Assembly (NCBI GenBank): GCA_964016885.1
Contig: OZ024742.1
Coordinates: forward strand, 245,582,001 to 245,646,000
Reading direction: 5' to 3'
Length of the DNA stretch: 64,000 nucleotides
Origin: Eledone cirrhosa
Taxonomy: Eukaryota
The position numbers were made by a program, and so were the translations under genes. Below are positions 1-10,825 of this stretch, piece by piece. The notes beneath the pieces are model-generated. The model was given only the letters and a program-made list of their open reading frames with translations, made no database searches and was not told where the DNA came from. Positions within the stretch are counted from its first letter, which is position 1. Each line of letters begins with the position of its first letter.

Positions 1-9
1 ACACAGATA

Positions 10-750
10 AAGCCACCATGATGCATGTAAGCAAGACATGGGTGATGAACATGGAACAACACAAGGTTGGAAACAAGAGAAATTGGAATGATCTGGTGGA
101 TGAGTGGAATATAGTTGTAAGAAGAGGAAAGACAAACAATAAATTGCAGCGGATGGTGGAAATAAAGCCAGTGATGAATGTTCTGGGAAAAAATGGAATG
201 AGATGGGTGATGTGTTGAGGAAGGGTGAAAGTTACTGGATAAGAGGAGTAGAGCCAGTGATGAATGTTGTGAAGAAAAATGGAATGAGATGGTTGGATCA
301 TGTATTGAGGAAGTGTGAAAGATACTGGATAAGAGGAGTAGAGCCAGTGAGAAATGGAATGAGATGGTTGGATCATGTGTTGAGGAAGAGTGAAAGTTAC
401 TGGATAAGAGGAGTAGAGCCACTGATGAATGTTGTGAAGAGAAATGGATGGAATAAGATGGTTGGATCATGTGTTGAAGAAGGATGAATGTGACTGGGTG
501 AGTGGAGTTATGAAAATAGAGCCAGTGATAAATGTTGTGAAGAGTAATGTAATGAGATAGTTGGGTGAGGTAATGCGTTGAGCAAAGATGAATGTAACTG
601 GGTGAGAGGAATGATGGAAATAGAGCCAGTGATGAATGTTGTGAAGAGAAATGTAATGAGCTGATGAGGTAATGTGTTGAAGGATGTGACTGAGTGAGAG
701 GAGTGGTGGAAAGAAGTGGAGGAAAAGGAAGACCAACAAAGACATGGCTA
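10..750 (+). repeat. Decayed RTE-like LINE 3' coding remnant amplified into about 6 tandem units of 75-105 bp
   Basis: The unit AGCCAGTGATGAATGTTGTGAAG...GAGATGGTTGGATCATGTGTTGAGG recurs near 166, 252, 342, 416, 520 and 624. It translates to MRWLDHVLRK and ends in GRPTKTW, like the RTE C-terminal RWxGHVxR...GRPxKTW motifs. Confidence 0.65.
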
Positions 751-823
751 AACGTAATTGAGGAGAAAATGAAAGCCAACAAATGTAGTACCCCCCCCCC
801 CCCCCCCAAAAAAAATAAAAAAG

Positions 824-1028
824 AATAATGATAATGAAAATTATTGTGTTCAGTGCTCAAGTGCATTATAACTCATCAAAGGTGCATATATAGTACATAG
901 AATAATGTACAAATGTCAGGAAAGTGAACAGTGTATGAGTCATGATATACACACAGATGCGTGTGTATGGAGGGGGTATATCAGGTGTAGTGTTGGTGAA
1001 TTTTGGGGACCATGGAAATCTTGAAGGT
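824..1028 (-). mobile_element. CR1-like LINE 3' end fragment
   Basis: Reverse complement of the 3' UTR and (ATT)n tail seen at about 6950-7158. Confidence 0.8.
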
Positions 1029-1592
1029 TTAACCATTTTCATTCCAAAACTGCAACAACTTTATGTTCCAAATGCTAATTAAATAACAAACAAACAAACA
1101 AGCATTTTAAGGCCACTTTCCTTGCTAAAGCAAAGTTAAGCTTTGTAGGTCCCATGACAAACTTTTTCGTTTCACCCTATCGTCAGCACCCCCCCCCCCC
1201 CACATCAAACCCATGACTTATTTCTTCCTCTATCTTTAGTTATGTTTCTTGGTCTTCCCCATCCACCACTTCCTACATTCATTTCCATCTATCCTCTGTT
1301 ATATTATTAAATCTTTCCAAATTATAAATTATTTTCAAAATTTATTTGAACATCATTGGCATTTTTTATTTTTGTTAGTTTTTTTAAAGAAATATGGTAA
1401 TAAAAGCATAGCTACTGACGATATGATCATTAGTTCCAACCTTATTAATATAGTTGTGAATGTCTTCATCTCCAACAAGGGAAATAACTCTGCTTGCTCT
1501 GGTTTGTTTGGCATGTGAAAGATTGTTGAGTAATAGAATGTTCCAACAAAAGCCATAATTGACATGAAAGGAAATATTTGAAAAACCCAGAT

Positions 1593-1870
1593 ATAATAAT
1601 GGTTTCTGATTTTAGGGGAGGAGAAAGTAAATTAAATCGACCCCAGTGCATTACTGGTGTTTTATTTTATTGACCCTGTAATTGTTTCTACTTTTGGTAC
1701 AAGGCCAGCAATTATCTCAGTGCATTACTGGTACTTTATTTTATCTACCCCGCAAAGTTTAACTCAGAACGTAAAGGGTCGTAACTCTGTGTTGCAAAGA
1801 AGGGGTGTCCGACGCTCTACCGATTCTGCTAATTCACATAAAAATTGTTTTTAACATAGATACAAGGCCA
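1593..1870 (-). mobile_element. tRNA-derived SINE family A, overlapping partial copies
   Basis: Contains CTGGTACTTTATTTTATC and ACAAGGCCAGCAATT motifs matching the reverse complement of the SINE at 22170-22357. Confidence 0.7.
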
Positions 1871-1963
1871 ACAATTGTTTCATGGTGGAGTGATTAGCCA
1901 TTTTGTTAGCATGTGATTTTTTAATAATTTTGTGGTGAGAGAAATAGCTAACGTAATAATGCC

Positions 1964-2482
1964 TTGTTAAAAAATCTCCGCGTACCTCATGTTGAACCTA
2001 GACGCATTGAGAATGCCACTGAATCTGCAAACCACGAAGTGATTGCCATTGGTGTGCCGGAAGACATAGTTGATCTTCAGGCATTTGCTGCCAGTTCATC
2101 CAAAGACTTGGGCTGTGCTCCCGCAAAGGGTGCTCTACGCCTTGGCTGACCAGGCCCGAAACCCAGGTTAATTAGACTGTCGTTTTCAAACTCGACTGAG
2201 GCACGTTCATACCTTGTAGCCTCTGATAAAGCTAGGCGTGAAAATCGAATTGCTTTCCGAACACGTCCTGGTCTTCCACCTGATGTCCACCCAAAGTTGC
2301 GTGCTGCAGCTTCCCTAAACCGCAGCTCGGCAGAACATGAAAGCTTCAGCCTACGAGATGATGGGCAGATATGGAAGTTTGTTAAGGCTGGCGAATCATG
2401 GAAAAGAGACACCAGCTGGTCTGAAAACACTGTACCCACAACAACTGACAATAAAGAAACTGAAAAAACTCTGGGAAACTAA
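1964..2482 (+). pseudogene. CR1 ORF1 C-terminal part, interrupted by one in-frame stop (TGA at 2147-2149)
   Basis: ORFs 1964-2149 and 2297-2482 share a frame and read through as ALRLG*PGPKPRLIRLSF..., a LINE ORF1-like motif. The ORF ends in LGN*. Confidence 0.7.
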
Positions 2483-5301
2483 ATCAGAACAACCTGCCAT
2501 CCCCTGCACATAATCATAGACTGGAATCAAAGTACAAATGGTTGTCCTTGAATGCACGTAGTCTATGCAATAAGATTCATCTTTTTGACTCCTACGTCAA
2601 AAGTATCAACCCGGACTTCATTACAGTCACGGAAACTTGGGCACATCCCTTACTCTGTGATGGGGTTTTCAGCATGACTGGCTACAACCTGTTTCGTAAA
2701 GACCGTATTAATCGTCGTCGTCGTGGTGTAATGGTCTACGTTCGGTCAAATCTGTCGGCAATTCCTTGTGCTGATTTGAACCAATCACAGCAGGAAATTT
2801 TTTTCTGCGATATACGTATGACCATGTCAACACTGCTACTTGGAGTCGTTTACCGTCCCCCAAATTACCATCAGGACACTCAACTTTGTGATATCCTCAG
2901 AGCTGCTGCCAGGAAGACAGCCACTTATGTTTTCATTGCAGGTGACTTCAATCACCCTGAGATTGACTGGGAGACCTTTCGTTGGCCGCCAAGTGCAAAT
3001 GACCTCCTTGAGCTGGTGCTGGACTCGAGTTGGTCCCAGGTGGTCACCTCCCCAACGAGAGGTAACAACACTTTGGACTTACTCTTCACCACTACTCCTG
3101 AAACGGTCATTAGTGTTACTGCTGAGGAACCTTTAGGTGACTCTGATCATGCTATGATCATTGCCAATCTATCCCTCATGGGCAGTAACAAGAACCACAA
3201 CCATCTCCAAACTGCTCACTTTGACTGGAATAAAGCAGACTGGAACTGTTACTGCACCGAGTTGCAACGGCCAAACTGGCTTGAGTTCTACGACTCTGGA
3301 GATGTCAACACTGTACTCCAGAACATCCTGAGCTCAATATGGACAGCATGTGCAGCATCGGTGCCACGTAAGCGGAAAAAACATCCCAAAAGCGCAATTT
3401 GGGAGACTGCAGCAGTCCGTCTTGCCAGAAAAGAACGGCGCAATGCTGAACGTGAGTACAAACTTCACAAATCAGACATTAATAGGAAGAGGCGAAATAG
3501 ATCGTCCAACCACCTCAAACAGGTGACAAAAAAGGCAGTGCTTCAATTTGAGCAGCGCATAGCAACCAGCCCTGACAGTAAGGTGTTCTGGAAGTATGTT
3601 CACTCAAAGCAGAGGCCTCACTCTCCAGTTGGTCCTCTTCGCAATCCCCACGCAAGCCAGGTTACTGACGACCCCAAGGAATGCGCAGAGCTCATTGCTG
3701 AATGCTATGCAGGCATTTTCACTATTGAAGACCAGAGTGTACCATCTCCACCACCTATGACACCAGACTCTATTACAACCATGGAATTTACACCTGCAAT
3801 GCTGCGACGTCACCTAAAAAATAAACACAACCATGCCTCTCCTGGTCTTGATGGTGTTACGTACCTGCTTCTTAAACGTGGTGGGTACTTCCTTCTACAC
3901 CAGTTATCACGCTTCTTCGAATTCTGTCTGAACAACAGTGCTACTCCAGAACAGTGGAAAACTGCCAGTGTTATTCCTCTGTTCAAAAAGGGTGACCGCA
4001 CATCACCTGTGAACTATCGTCCAGTCAGTCTTACTAGTTGCATCGCCAAACTGATGGAATCCTGTGTCAGAGAAACACTTTGGAACTTCTGGAGCTCTCA
4101 CAGTCTTATCCGGCACTCGCAATTTGGATTTATCCCCAACTCCAGCTGCTGTGATCAACTTATTGAGTTTGTTGAAGACATCACCCGGATCACTGATGGC
4201 GGCTCATGGGTGGATGTTGTTTACCTTGACTTTGCGAAGGCCTTCAATTCTGTGCCACACAAAAGGCTTATGGCAAAACTCTCTGCAATGGGTGTGAAGG
4301 ATGATCTTTTTAAATGGTTGAAGTTCTTCATTCTCAGTCGAAGAGAGGTAGTCACGGTTCTGGGACAGCATTCCTCACCATATGAGATGTCATCTGGTGT
4401 ACCACAGGGATCTGTTCTTGGCCCCCTTTTGTTTGTGGCATATATTAATGACATAGATGCCAACTTAAGGAATGCCACAGTACTAAAGTACGCAGACGAC
4501 ATCAAGCTGTACCTTGAGATAAAAAGGACAGATCCTGAACACTATAGATCTTGCTTGCAGTCTGACCTGGACACAATGCAACAGTGGATCTCAGACTGGC
4601 AACTCAAGCTAGCTGTGAACAAGTGCACCACCATGCATTTTGGGAGTAAAAACCCAGCGTCCACATACTCCCTCCACAGCACTAATATCAAGAAGTCTTC
4701 CTGTGAATGTGACCTGGGTATTACGGTCAGCAGTGATTTGCGTTGGACGAGGCACGTCTCTAAAATTGTCAAGAGGGCCGAGGGTGTCTTAGCATCACTC
4801 AGCAAGACCTTTGTCAGCCGCTCTCCAGATATCTATTTAAGGCTGTATACAGCTATGGTGCGACCACACTTAGAATTTGCATCACCAGTCTGGAACCCCT
4901 ATCTTGCTCAGGACATTGACCGCCTGGAAACTGTTCAGAGATGTGCAACCAAGCGAATACCCTCCATCAGGCATCTACCATACTCTGAGTGCCTTGCTTC
5001 CCTGGGCATGGATTCATTGAAGCTCCGACGCCTGGCAACTGACTTGGTAAACACCCACAAAATTGTTAACCATGTTGCCAACAACAACCCTGAGTACCTT
5101 TTCGATTTCCATGTGTCTAACACACGTGGACATGCCCACAAAGTAAGAAAACAGCACAGTTCCCATCACTTTCAGAAACATTTTTTCACGCTCAGAGTTG
5201 CTGAAGCATGGAACAGACTACCTGCATCAGTTGTTAGCTGTCGAGACACTGCATCCTTTAAGGCCTCCATGCTCCCCGAGATCCGCCAACACTACAGCTA
5301 A
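2464..5301 (+). CDS. CR1 ORF2 polyprotein: APE-type endonuclease plus reverse transcriptase, uninterrupted
   Basis: Endonuclease motifs NARSL, ETW, YRPP, GDFN and SDH. RT motifs NYRPVSLTS, QFGF, YLDFAKAF, GVPQGSVLGP and YADD. The frame is open from 2464 with no ATG ahead of the endonuclease N-terminus. Confidence 0.93.
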   Translation, partial: KNSGKLNQNNLPSPAHNHRLESKYKWLSLNARSLCNKIHLFDSYVKSINPDFITVTETWAHPLLCDGVFSMTGYNLFRKDRINRRRRGVMVYVRSNLSAIPCADLNQSQQEIFFCDIRMTMSTLLLGVVYRPPNYHQDTQLCDILRAAARKTATYVFIAGDFNHPEIDWETFRWPPSANDLLELVLDSSWSQVVTSPTRGNNTLDLLFTTTPETVISVTAEEPLGDSDHAMIIANLSLMGSNKNHNHLQTAHFDWNKADWNCYCTELQRPNWLEFYDSGDVNTVLQNILSSIWTACAASVPRKRKKHPKSAIWETAAVRLARKERRNAEREYKLHKSDINRKRRNRSSNHLKQVTKKAVLQFEQRIATSPDSKVFWKYVHSKQRPHSPVGPLRNPHASQVTDDPKECAELIAECYAGIFTIEDQSVPSPPPMTPDSITTMEFTPAMLRRHLKNKHNHASPGLDGVTYLLLKRGGYFLLHQLSRFFEFCLNNSATPEQWKTASVIPLFKKGDRTSPVNYRPVSLTSCIAKLMESCVRETLWNFWSSHSLIRHSQFGFIPNSSCCDQLIEFVEDITRITDGGSWVDVVYLDFAKAFNSVPHKRLMAKLSAMGVKDDLFKWLKFFILSRREVVTVLGQHSSPYEMSSGVPQGSVLGPLLFVAYINDIDANLRNATVLKYADDIKLYLEIKRTDPEHYRSCLQSDLDTMQQWISDWQLKLAVNKCTTMHFGSKNPASTYSLHSTNIKKSSCECDLGITVSSDLRWTRHVSKIVKRAEGVLASLSKTFVSRSPDIYLRLYTAMVRPHLEFASPVWNPYLAQDIDRLETVQRCATKRIPSIRHLPYSECLASLGMDSLKLRRLATDLVNTHKIVNHVANNNPEYLFDFHVSNTRGHAHKVRKQHSSHHFQKHFFTLRVAEAWNRLPASVVSCRDTASFKASMLPEIRQHYS

Positions 5302-5588
5302 CACATACAAACATGTACTTCCCTGACATTTGTGTATTATTCTATGTACTATATTGACGAGTTGTAGTGCACCTGAGCACTTTACACAATAATTTCATTA
5401 TTATTATTATTTCATTATTATTATAATGGGTGAAACATGAATAATAATTGACTACAATTGTAGAGAGTAAAAGGGAGAGAAGTAGTGATAATGGTGATTG
5501 TGAAGTAGTAGTAATTGCATGGAGATACGGGTAATAACGTGTTTGATACTAACCCACCTCCTTGTTCTATGATACAAAACTGTTTGTT

Positions 5589-5835
5589 TTAACTCTTCTG
5601 ATATCAACCCACCTCTTCTGGTTCTATGATATAAAATTGCTCATTTTAAGATGTTTATATTTAGATTATAAACTTCTATAGTTTTGTGTAAGGACCTTTA
5701 TTAGATAATGTTCCAAACAGCAACTTAATGATGAAAAAGTTAAGCTGTATTACTAAATTCTTGATTATTTTTCAAAATTAATTGAGATACTTAAGATTAT
5801 GTATTTTGTTAGAAATATGGTAACAAAAGGGTTAA
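5589..5835 (+). mobile_element. TTAA-flanked piggyBac-like MITE, family 1 (many degenerate copies, e.g. about 16195-16442, 37040-37470, 38815-39410, 45990-46220, 47100-47470, 63946-64000)
   Basis: Termini TTAAC(C/T)CTT...AAAGGGTTAA. The internal motifs GATACCAACCCACC, ATTCTTGATTATTTTCAAA and TTAGAAATATGGTAA are shared among copies. Confidence 0.6.
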
Positions 5836-6149
5836 AGTGTTTATATTTACCTTAAAAACCCTTCAATTATAATTTTACTCTTGTTAAATTATATTCTTAA
5901 CATCAGCTTGTTAATGTGAAAATTAGTTATATTACAAATTCCTTCAAATTCTTGATTATTTTCAAACTTAATTAAAAATCATAAGCAGTATGTTTTGTTG
6001 GAAATCTGGTAACAGAAAGGTTAACCATTTGTTAATGACCCTAATCATGCCCAGACATCAGTTCACTAAGGCTGAGCCACCTCTCCCTCCTCAAACTACT
6101 TTATCAAAATGTAAACAAGTATGTACATAGGTAAACTCATTTAAATGAC

Positions 6150-6525
6150 TCTACATAAACCCTTAAGAAGAGACTTCAGTTATGTCTAGGCCATGACAAC
6201 CTCACTTGTGCTGGTGCCATGATAAAACACACCCAATGCATTCTGTAAAATTGTTGGTGTTAGGAAAACATCTAGCCATAGAAAACTTGCCAAACATAGG
6301 ATTGAGAGAACTCTTCAGTTATGTGAATGGCACAACAACCCTTCTAGTGCTGGTGTCATGATAAAATGCACCCAGTACACTCAGTATAGTGTAGGAATAC
6401 ACATGAGCAAGATGCAGTCTCCAGCCCATCTGTGAGGGCAGTGACTTCGATTGAATGCTGACTTGGTCTGTGGCAAGCCATCCAACCTATGTTAGCAAAA
6501 ACATGTTAAACGATGATGATGATTG
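6150..6525 (+). mobile_element. Non-autonomous repeat with RTE-type 3' tail (other copies about 8660-9215, 9420-9890, 23760-24110, 38390-38590, 59360-59590)
   Basis: Motifs GTGCTGGTGCCATGATAAAA..CACCCAGTACACTCTGTAAA, GTTAGGAAGGGCATCCAGCC and TCCAACCCATGC..CATGGAA..GATGATGAT. The latter two are shared with the RTE 3' UTR at 7740-7905. Confidence 0.7.
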
Positions 6526-6734
6526 TGATGTCCATTCTGTCAGGTGTTGTGACCAACAGATGTATATTAGCAATTAAAAATCTGATTGGGTTGATTGTGA
6601 GAGATGATAGCAACACATATACATGTATATAGGATTGAGTGAACTCTTCAATTGTATGAATAGCATAACAACCCTCCTAGTGCTGGTGTCATGATAAAAT
6701 GCACCTAGTACACCCTGTATAGTGTAGGAATATA

Positions 6735-7158
6735 CTGGCAACTGACTTGGTAAACACCCACAAAATTATTAACCATCTTGCCAACAATAACCCAAAGCAC
6801 GTTTTTTAATTCTATGTGTCTAACATCCATGGGCAAAGTCAGAAAACAGCACAGCTCCCATGACTTTCGGAAACATTTTTTCATGCTCAGAGTTGCTGAA
6901 ACATGGAACAAACTACCTGCATCAGTTGTTAACTGTCAGGACACTGCATCCTTTAATACCTCCATGCTTCCTGAAATTCACTACACTACACCTGATATTC
7001 CCCCTCCATACACATGTATGCATGTATCTGTGTGTATATCATGACTCATACTCTGTTTACTTTCCTTACATTTGTACATTATTCTATGTACTATACATGC
7101 ACCTTTGATGAGTTGTAGTGCACCTGAGCACTACACAATAATTTCATTATTATTATTA
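6735..7158 (+). mobile_element. 5'-truncated CR1 3' fragment of a related subfamily
   Basis: Encodes KVRKQHSSHDFRKHFFMLRVAETWNKLP, homologous to the end of ORF2 at 2464-5301, followed by an (ATT)n tail. Confidence 0.88.
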
Positions 7159-7184
7159 AAGAAAGTATTATTATTATTATTACA

Positions 7185-7905
7185 TATACGCAAACTAGAG
7201 AGGAACGAAGCTTGCATGCTCCGCTGGATGTGTAATAGTAATATACGTGAACGCCAAAGCATAAACGAACTAAGGGAGAAATTAGGAATAAGAGGGATCA
7301 GATGTTGTTTACTCGAGAGAAGACTACGCTGGTACGGTCACGTGATGCGCATGAAAGACGACAGCTGTATAAAAAAGTGCAGGGCGATAAAAATAGACGG
7401 TAGCCACGGAGTAGGCAGACCCAGAAAAACCTGGGATGACTTGATAAATTCCGACCTCACACACTTACACCTCTCCAAGACAATGTCACTGGACCGAGAT
7501 CTTTGGCGCTACACAGTAATACAGAAGACCCGCCTTGCCTAAGTACAAAGTGAAACCTACAGTCAGTAGGCACCTCTAACAAAAATACACCCCCGTACCA
7601 CTACCCCCACCCCATCCACACCACCCCTTTCAATGTAAAGTTATGTTGGTGCCACAACATCCAGGCCGAAACAAATGAAGTCGTGTAGGTGTCACGACAA
7701 AAAAAAACACACAGTCCACGCTGTAATGTGGCCGTCTAGGTAACACGGTAAAAACCTCCCAGTCCACACTGTAAACGTGGTTGGTGTTAGGAAGGGCATC
7801 CAGCCGTAGAAAACCCGCCAGACAACCAATCTTGCCTCAAGTGGGAAAATTCCCATCCAAACCCATGCTAGCATGGAAGAAGGACGTTAAACGATGATGA
7901 TGATG
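7185..7905 (+). mobile_element. 5'-truncated RTE-clade LINE (RT C-terminus, 3' UTR, (GAT)n tail)
   Basis: Encodes LERNEACMLRWMC...RLRWYGHVMR...GRPRKTW. Same family as the minus-strand element at 60323-63105. Confidence 0.9.
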
Positions 7906-8659
7906 TTCATCCACCAATAATTATAAGAATACCAATGCAGTGTGGGTTATGGATAAATAAGTGTTACCCACCCACCACCTACCACCACATACAACAGGTA
8001 CATTTTTGAAGTATACTTTGGCCTCTAGGTAATATCAGGTAATGCTATATAAGCAAAATAATTATTATAATTTCTATTTTTTCAAATTCCACGATGCTTA
8101 GATAAAACGAATATAAAAATAGTTATTAAGTCAAATAAAATAAATATAAATATAAGCCTGTGTGAATTAGAATATAGTGATTTGAAAATTTTGTAAATAG
8201 AATTTGAAACTTTCATCATATTTTTGACTACAGAAAATAGACTAATATCAGGACATATGAGCCCGCCATAACGGAAAAAATAGGTATCAGCACACATAGC
8301 CATTTTTTTTTTTTTCCTTTACTGGGGTTCATATGCCCCAATATTAGACTATTTTCTGTAGTCAATATTCAGTGAAAGCTAATTCTATTTGCATAAATAG
8401 AAATGTATAAATAAAAATATTTTCTTTTTATGTCAATTTTCCATTCTAACATGGGTTGAACCAATTGTCTCAGTTCAAAGCTAGACTGGTTTGGTAATCG
8501 TGTTTACCCATATGTTGCCTATTTGACATGGTTTCTACAATTTGATGCCCTTCCTAATGCCAGCTCTATTACTATACAGCTTGTAGCAGATGCATCTTAT
8601 TGTAGTATCAGCACTACCATTTTACAGGGTGGGCTGGAAGTATTTTATTGTGGGACAAG

Positions 8660-10060
8660 CATGAGTGTGATAAAACGCATCCAATACACTCTGTAAAATG
8701 TCTAGTGTTAGGAAGGACATACAGCCATAGAAACTTTGCCAAACATCGTTGAGAAAATTCTTCAGTTGTATCAAGGGCACAACAACCTCCTTAGTGCTGG
8801 TTCCATGATAAAACACACTCAGTACACTGTGTAAAGGATGGGCATAAAGCCATAGAAAACTTGACAAACATGGATGAGAGGACTTTTCAGTTTTGTCAAC
8901 CACCCTAGTGTTGGTGCCATGATAAAATGCATCAAGTACACTCTGGAATTGTTAGTGTTAAGAAGAGCATCCAAACATAAGGTTGAAATGATTCTTCAGT
9001 TGTGTCCAGGGCATGACAGCCTCTCTTGTGCTTTACGCCCTGATAAAATGGACAGTACACTCTGTAAAGTGATGAAATGTACATAAGTGAGATAAGGATC
9101 TTGGTCCATTGTAAGAGTAGTGACACTGATTAAGTGCTGACTTGGTTTGTGAAAACCTATCAAATCCATGCCAGCATGGAAAAACACATGTAAAAGGTTG
9201 ATGACGATGATGATGATTTTGTGTTCATTTGAAAATAAGTGTCTGCCATAAATGATTGTATTAAGTGCAGTTTAACAATAATCAAATTCAGGTATGATAT
9301 TTGTATAGTATTTCAAGATAAATATATTTAATTGCACTAAAAAAGAAAAGCTTATTTTTCTGTTTTTGTTGTATTGAACATGTAATACAATATATGTGAA
9401 GATCTAATCTTGCCACACATGAGGTTGAGAGGACTCTTCAGTTGTGTCAAAACCATAACAAGCTTGTTAATTCTTGTATTACAATAAGATACACCCAGTA
9501 CATTCTGTAAAATGGATGGTGTTAGGAAGGGCATACAGCCATAGAAAACTTGCCAAACTGAAGGTTGAGAGGACTCTTCAATTGAGTCATGGGTAAGACA
9601 ATTTCCTTCGTATTGGTGTCACAATAAAGTAAAATCTGTAAAGTTGGTGTTAGGAAGTGTATCCAGCCATATAAAATTTGCCAAACATAGGGTTGAGAGG
9701 ATTCTTCAGTTGTGTCCACCTCCCTTGTGTTGGTGCTCAATAAAATGCATCCAGCACACTCTGTAAGGTGTAGGAACATATGTAAGTGAGATGCTACCCC
9801 TGGCCTATCTGTGAGGACAGTGACTCTGCTTGTGTGTTGACATGGTTTGTGAAAACCTGTTCGACCCTTGTTAGCATGGAAAAACATTAAATTTGAAAAT
9901 AAGTATCTGCCATAAATTATTGTATAAAGCGGAGTTTAACAATAAACAAGTTCAGGTGTGACATGTGTATTGTATTTCAAGATAGAGGTATTTATTTGCA
10001 CTTGAAAAGAAAAGTTTATTTTTCTATTTTTATAGACAGAAACATAACATGTGAAGATTT
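8660..10060 (+). repeat. Old tandem duplication with a period of about 660 bp
   Basis: The block TTTGAAAATAAGT(G/A)TCTGCCATAAAT...AAAAGAAAAG(C/T)TTATTTTTCT occurs at about 9228 and 9892, each preceded by an RTE-tailed repeat copy. Confidence 0.75.
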
Positions 10061-10401
10061 AACCTTTTTTTTATACTAACCCAACCTAAACCTATTTATA
10101 TTAAAATCTTTCAGCATCATTTTATATAAGAACCTTATGATTTCTTCTTTACACACAACCAGTAATTTTGGCAAAGGGAGAAAGTCAATTCAATTGATCC
10201 CAGTACTTGACTAGTATTTTATTTTATCAAACCCAAAAGGATGGAAAGCTAAGTTAACTTTGATGGGATTTGAACTCAGAATATAAAGAGCCAAAACAAA
10301 TACTACTACACATTTGTCAATTTGCTTTCATTATACTGAAATAATTAATAATTTTAATAAATCTTCAAAATTCTTCATTAATTAATTGAAATAGAGTATA
10401 T

Positions 10402-10825
10402 TGCTGGAGCTGGTGCCAACCCTTACCTATGGTCATGTATCTTGGGTAATGACTGAAAGAATACGATTGCAAATACAAGTGACCAAAATGGGGTTCCTCC
10501 AAAGGGTCTTTAGAGTAACGTTACTCAATAGAGTGCATAGCTCAGAGATCAGAGAGTCACTCCAAGTAGAGTTGCTACTTCTTTGAATTGGGAGATCACA
10601 GCCCTGATACAACAAGCATGTGGTTAGAATGTCTAAAGAAAGAATCACTGGACAGATTTTATGAGCAAAACCAACTTGCAGGAAACCCAGGGTTAGACTA
10701 TGTGCAAGATAATCAGATAACATCTATGAGCTCGGCTGATCTCATTTGGGGATCCAGCTAGATCAATTGGAGATGGTTGCTTCTGACAGGACTCTCCCAA
10801 GAATAAGTGGGCCAAGAGGAAGAAG
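10402..10825 (+). mobile_element. Decayed RTE (Expander-like) LINE 3' fragment (related copies about 21580-22095, 41615-41835 and 47265-47415 on minus)
   Basis: Encodes PTLTYGHVSWVMTERIRLQIQ...MGFLQRV. Flanked by a probable AGAGTATAT target-site duplication. Confidence 0.75.

Larger units (their letters stand above)
1964..5424 (+). mobile_element. CR1-clade non-LTR retrotransposon (partial ORF1, ORF2, 3' UTR, (ATT)n tail)
   Basis: APE endonuclease plus RT ORF. The C-terminal TRGH...FFTLRVAEAWNRLP is typical of CR1. The element ends in ATTTCATTATTATTATT. Confidence 0.93.

Noticed and set aside
791-1201. Poly-C tracts (17 and 13 nt) as functional G-quadruplexes
   Set aside because: They are isolated homopolymers at repeat junctions, with no supporting context.
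7072-7542. 156-aa ORF as a host gene
   Set aside because: It is a chance fusion of a CR1 3' UTR, a microsatellite and the RTE C-terminus.
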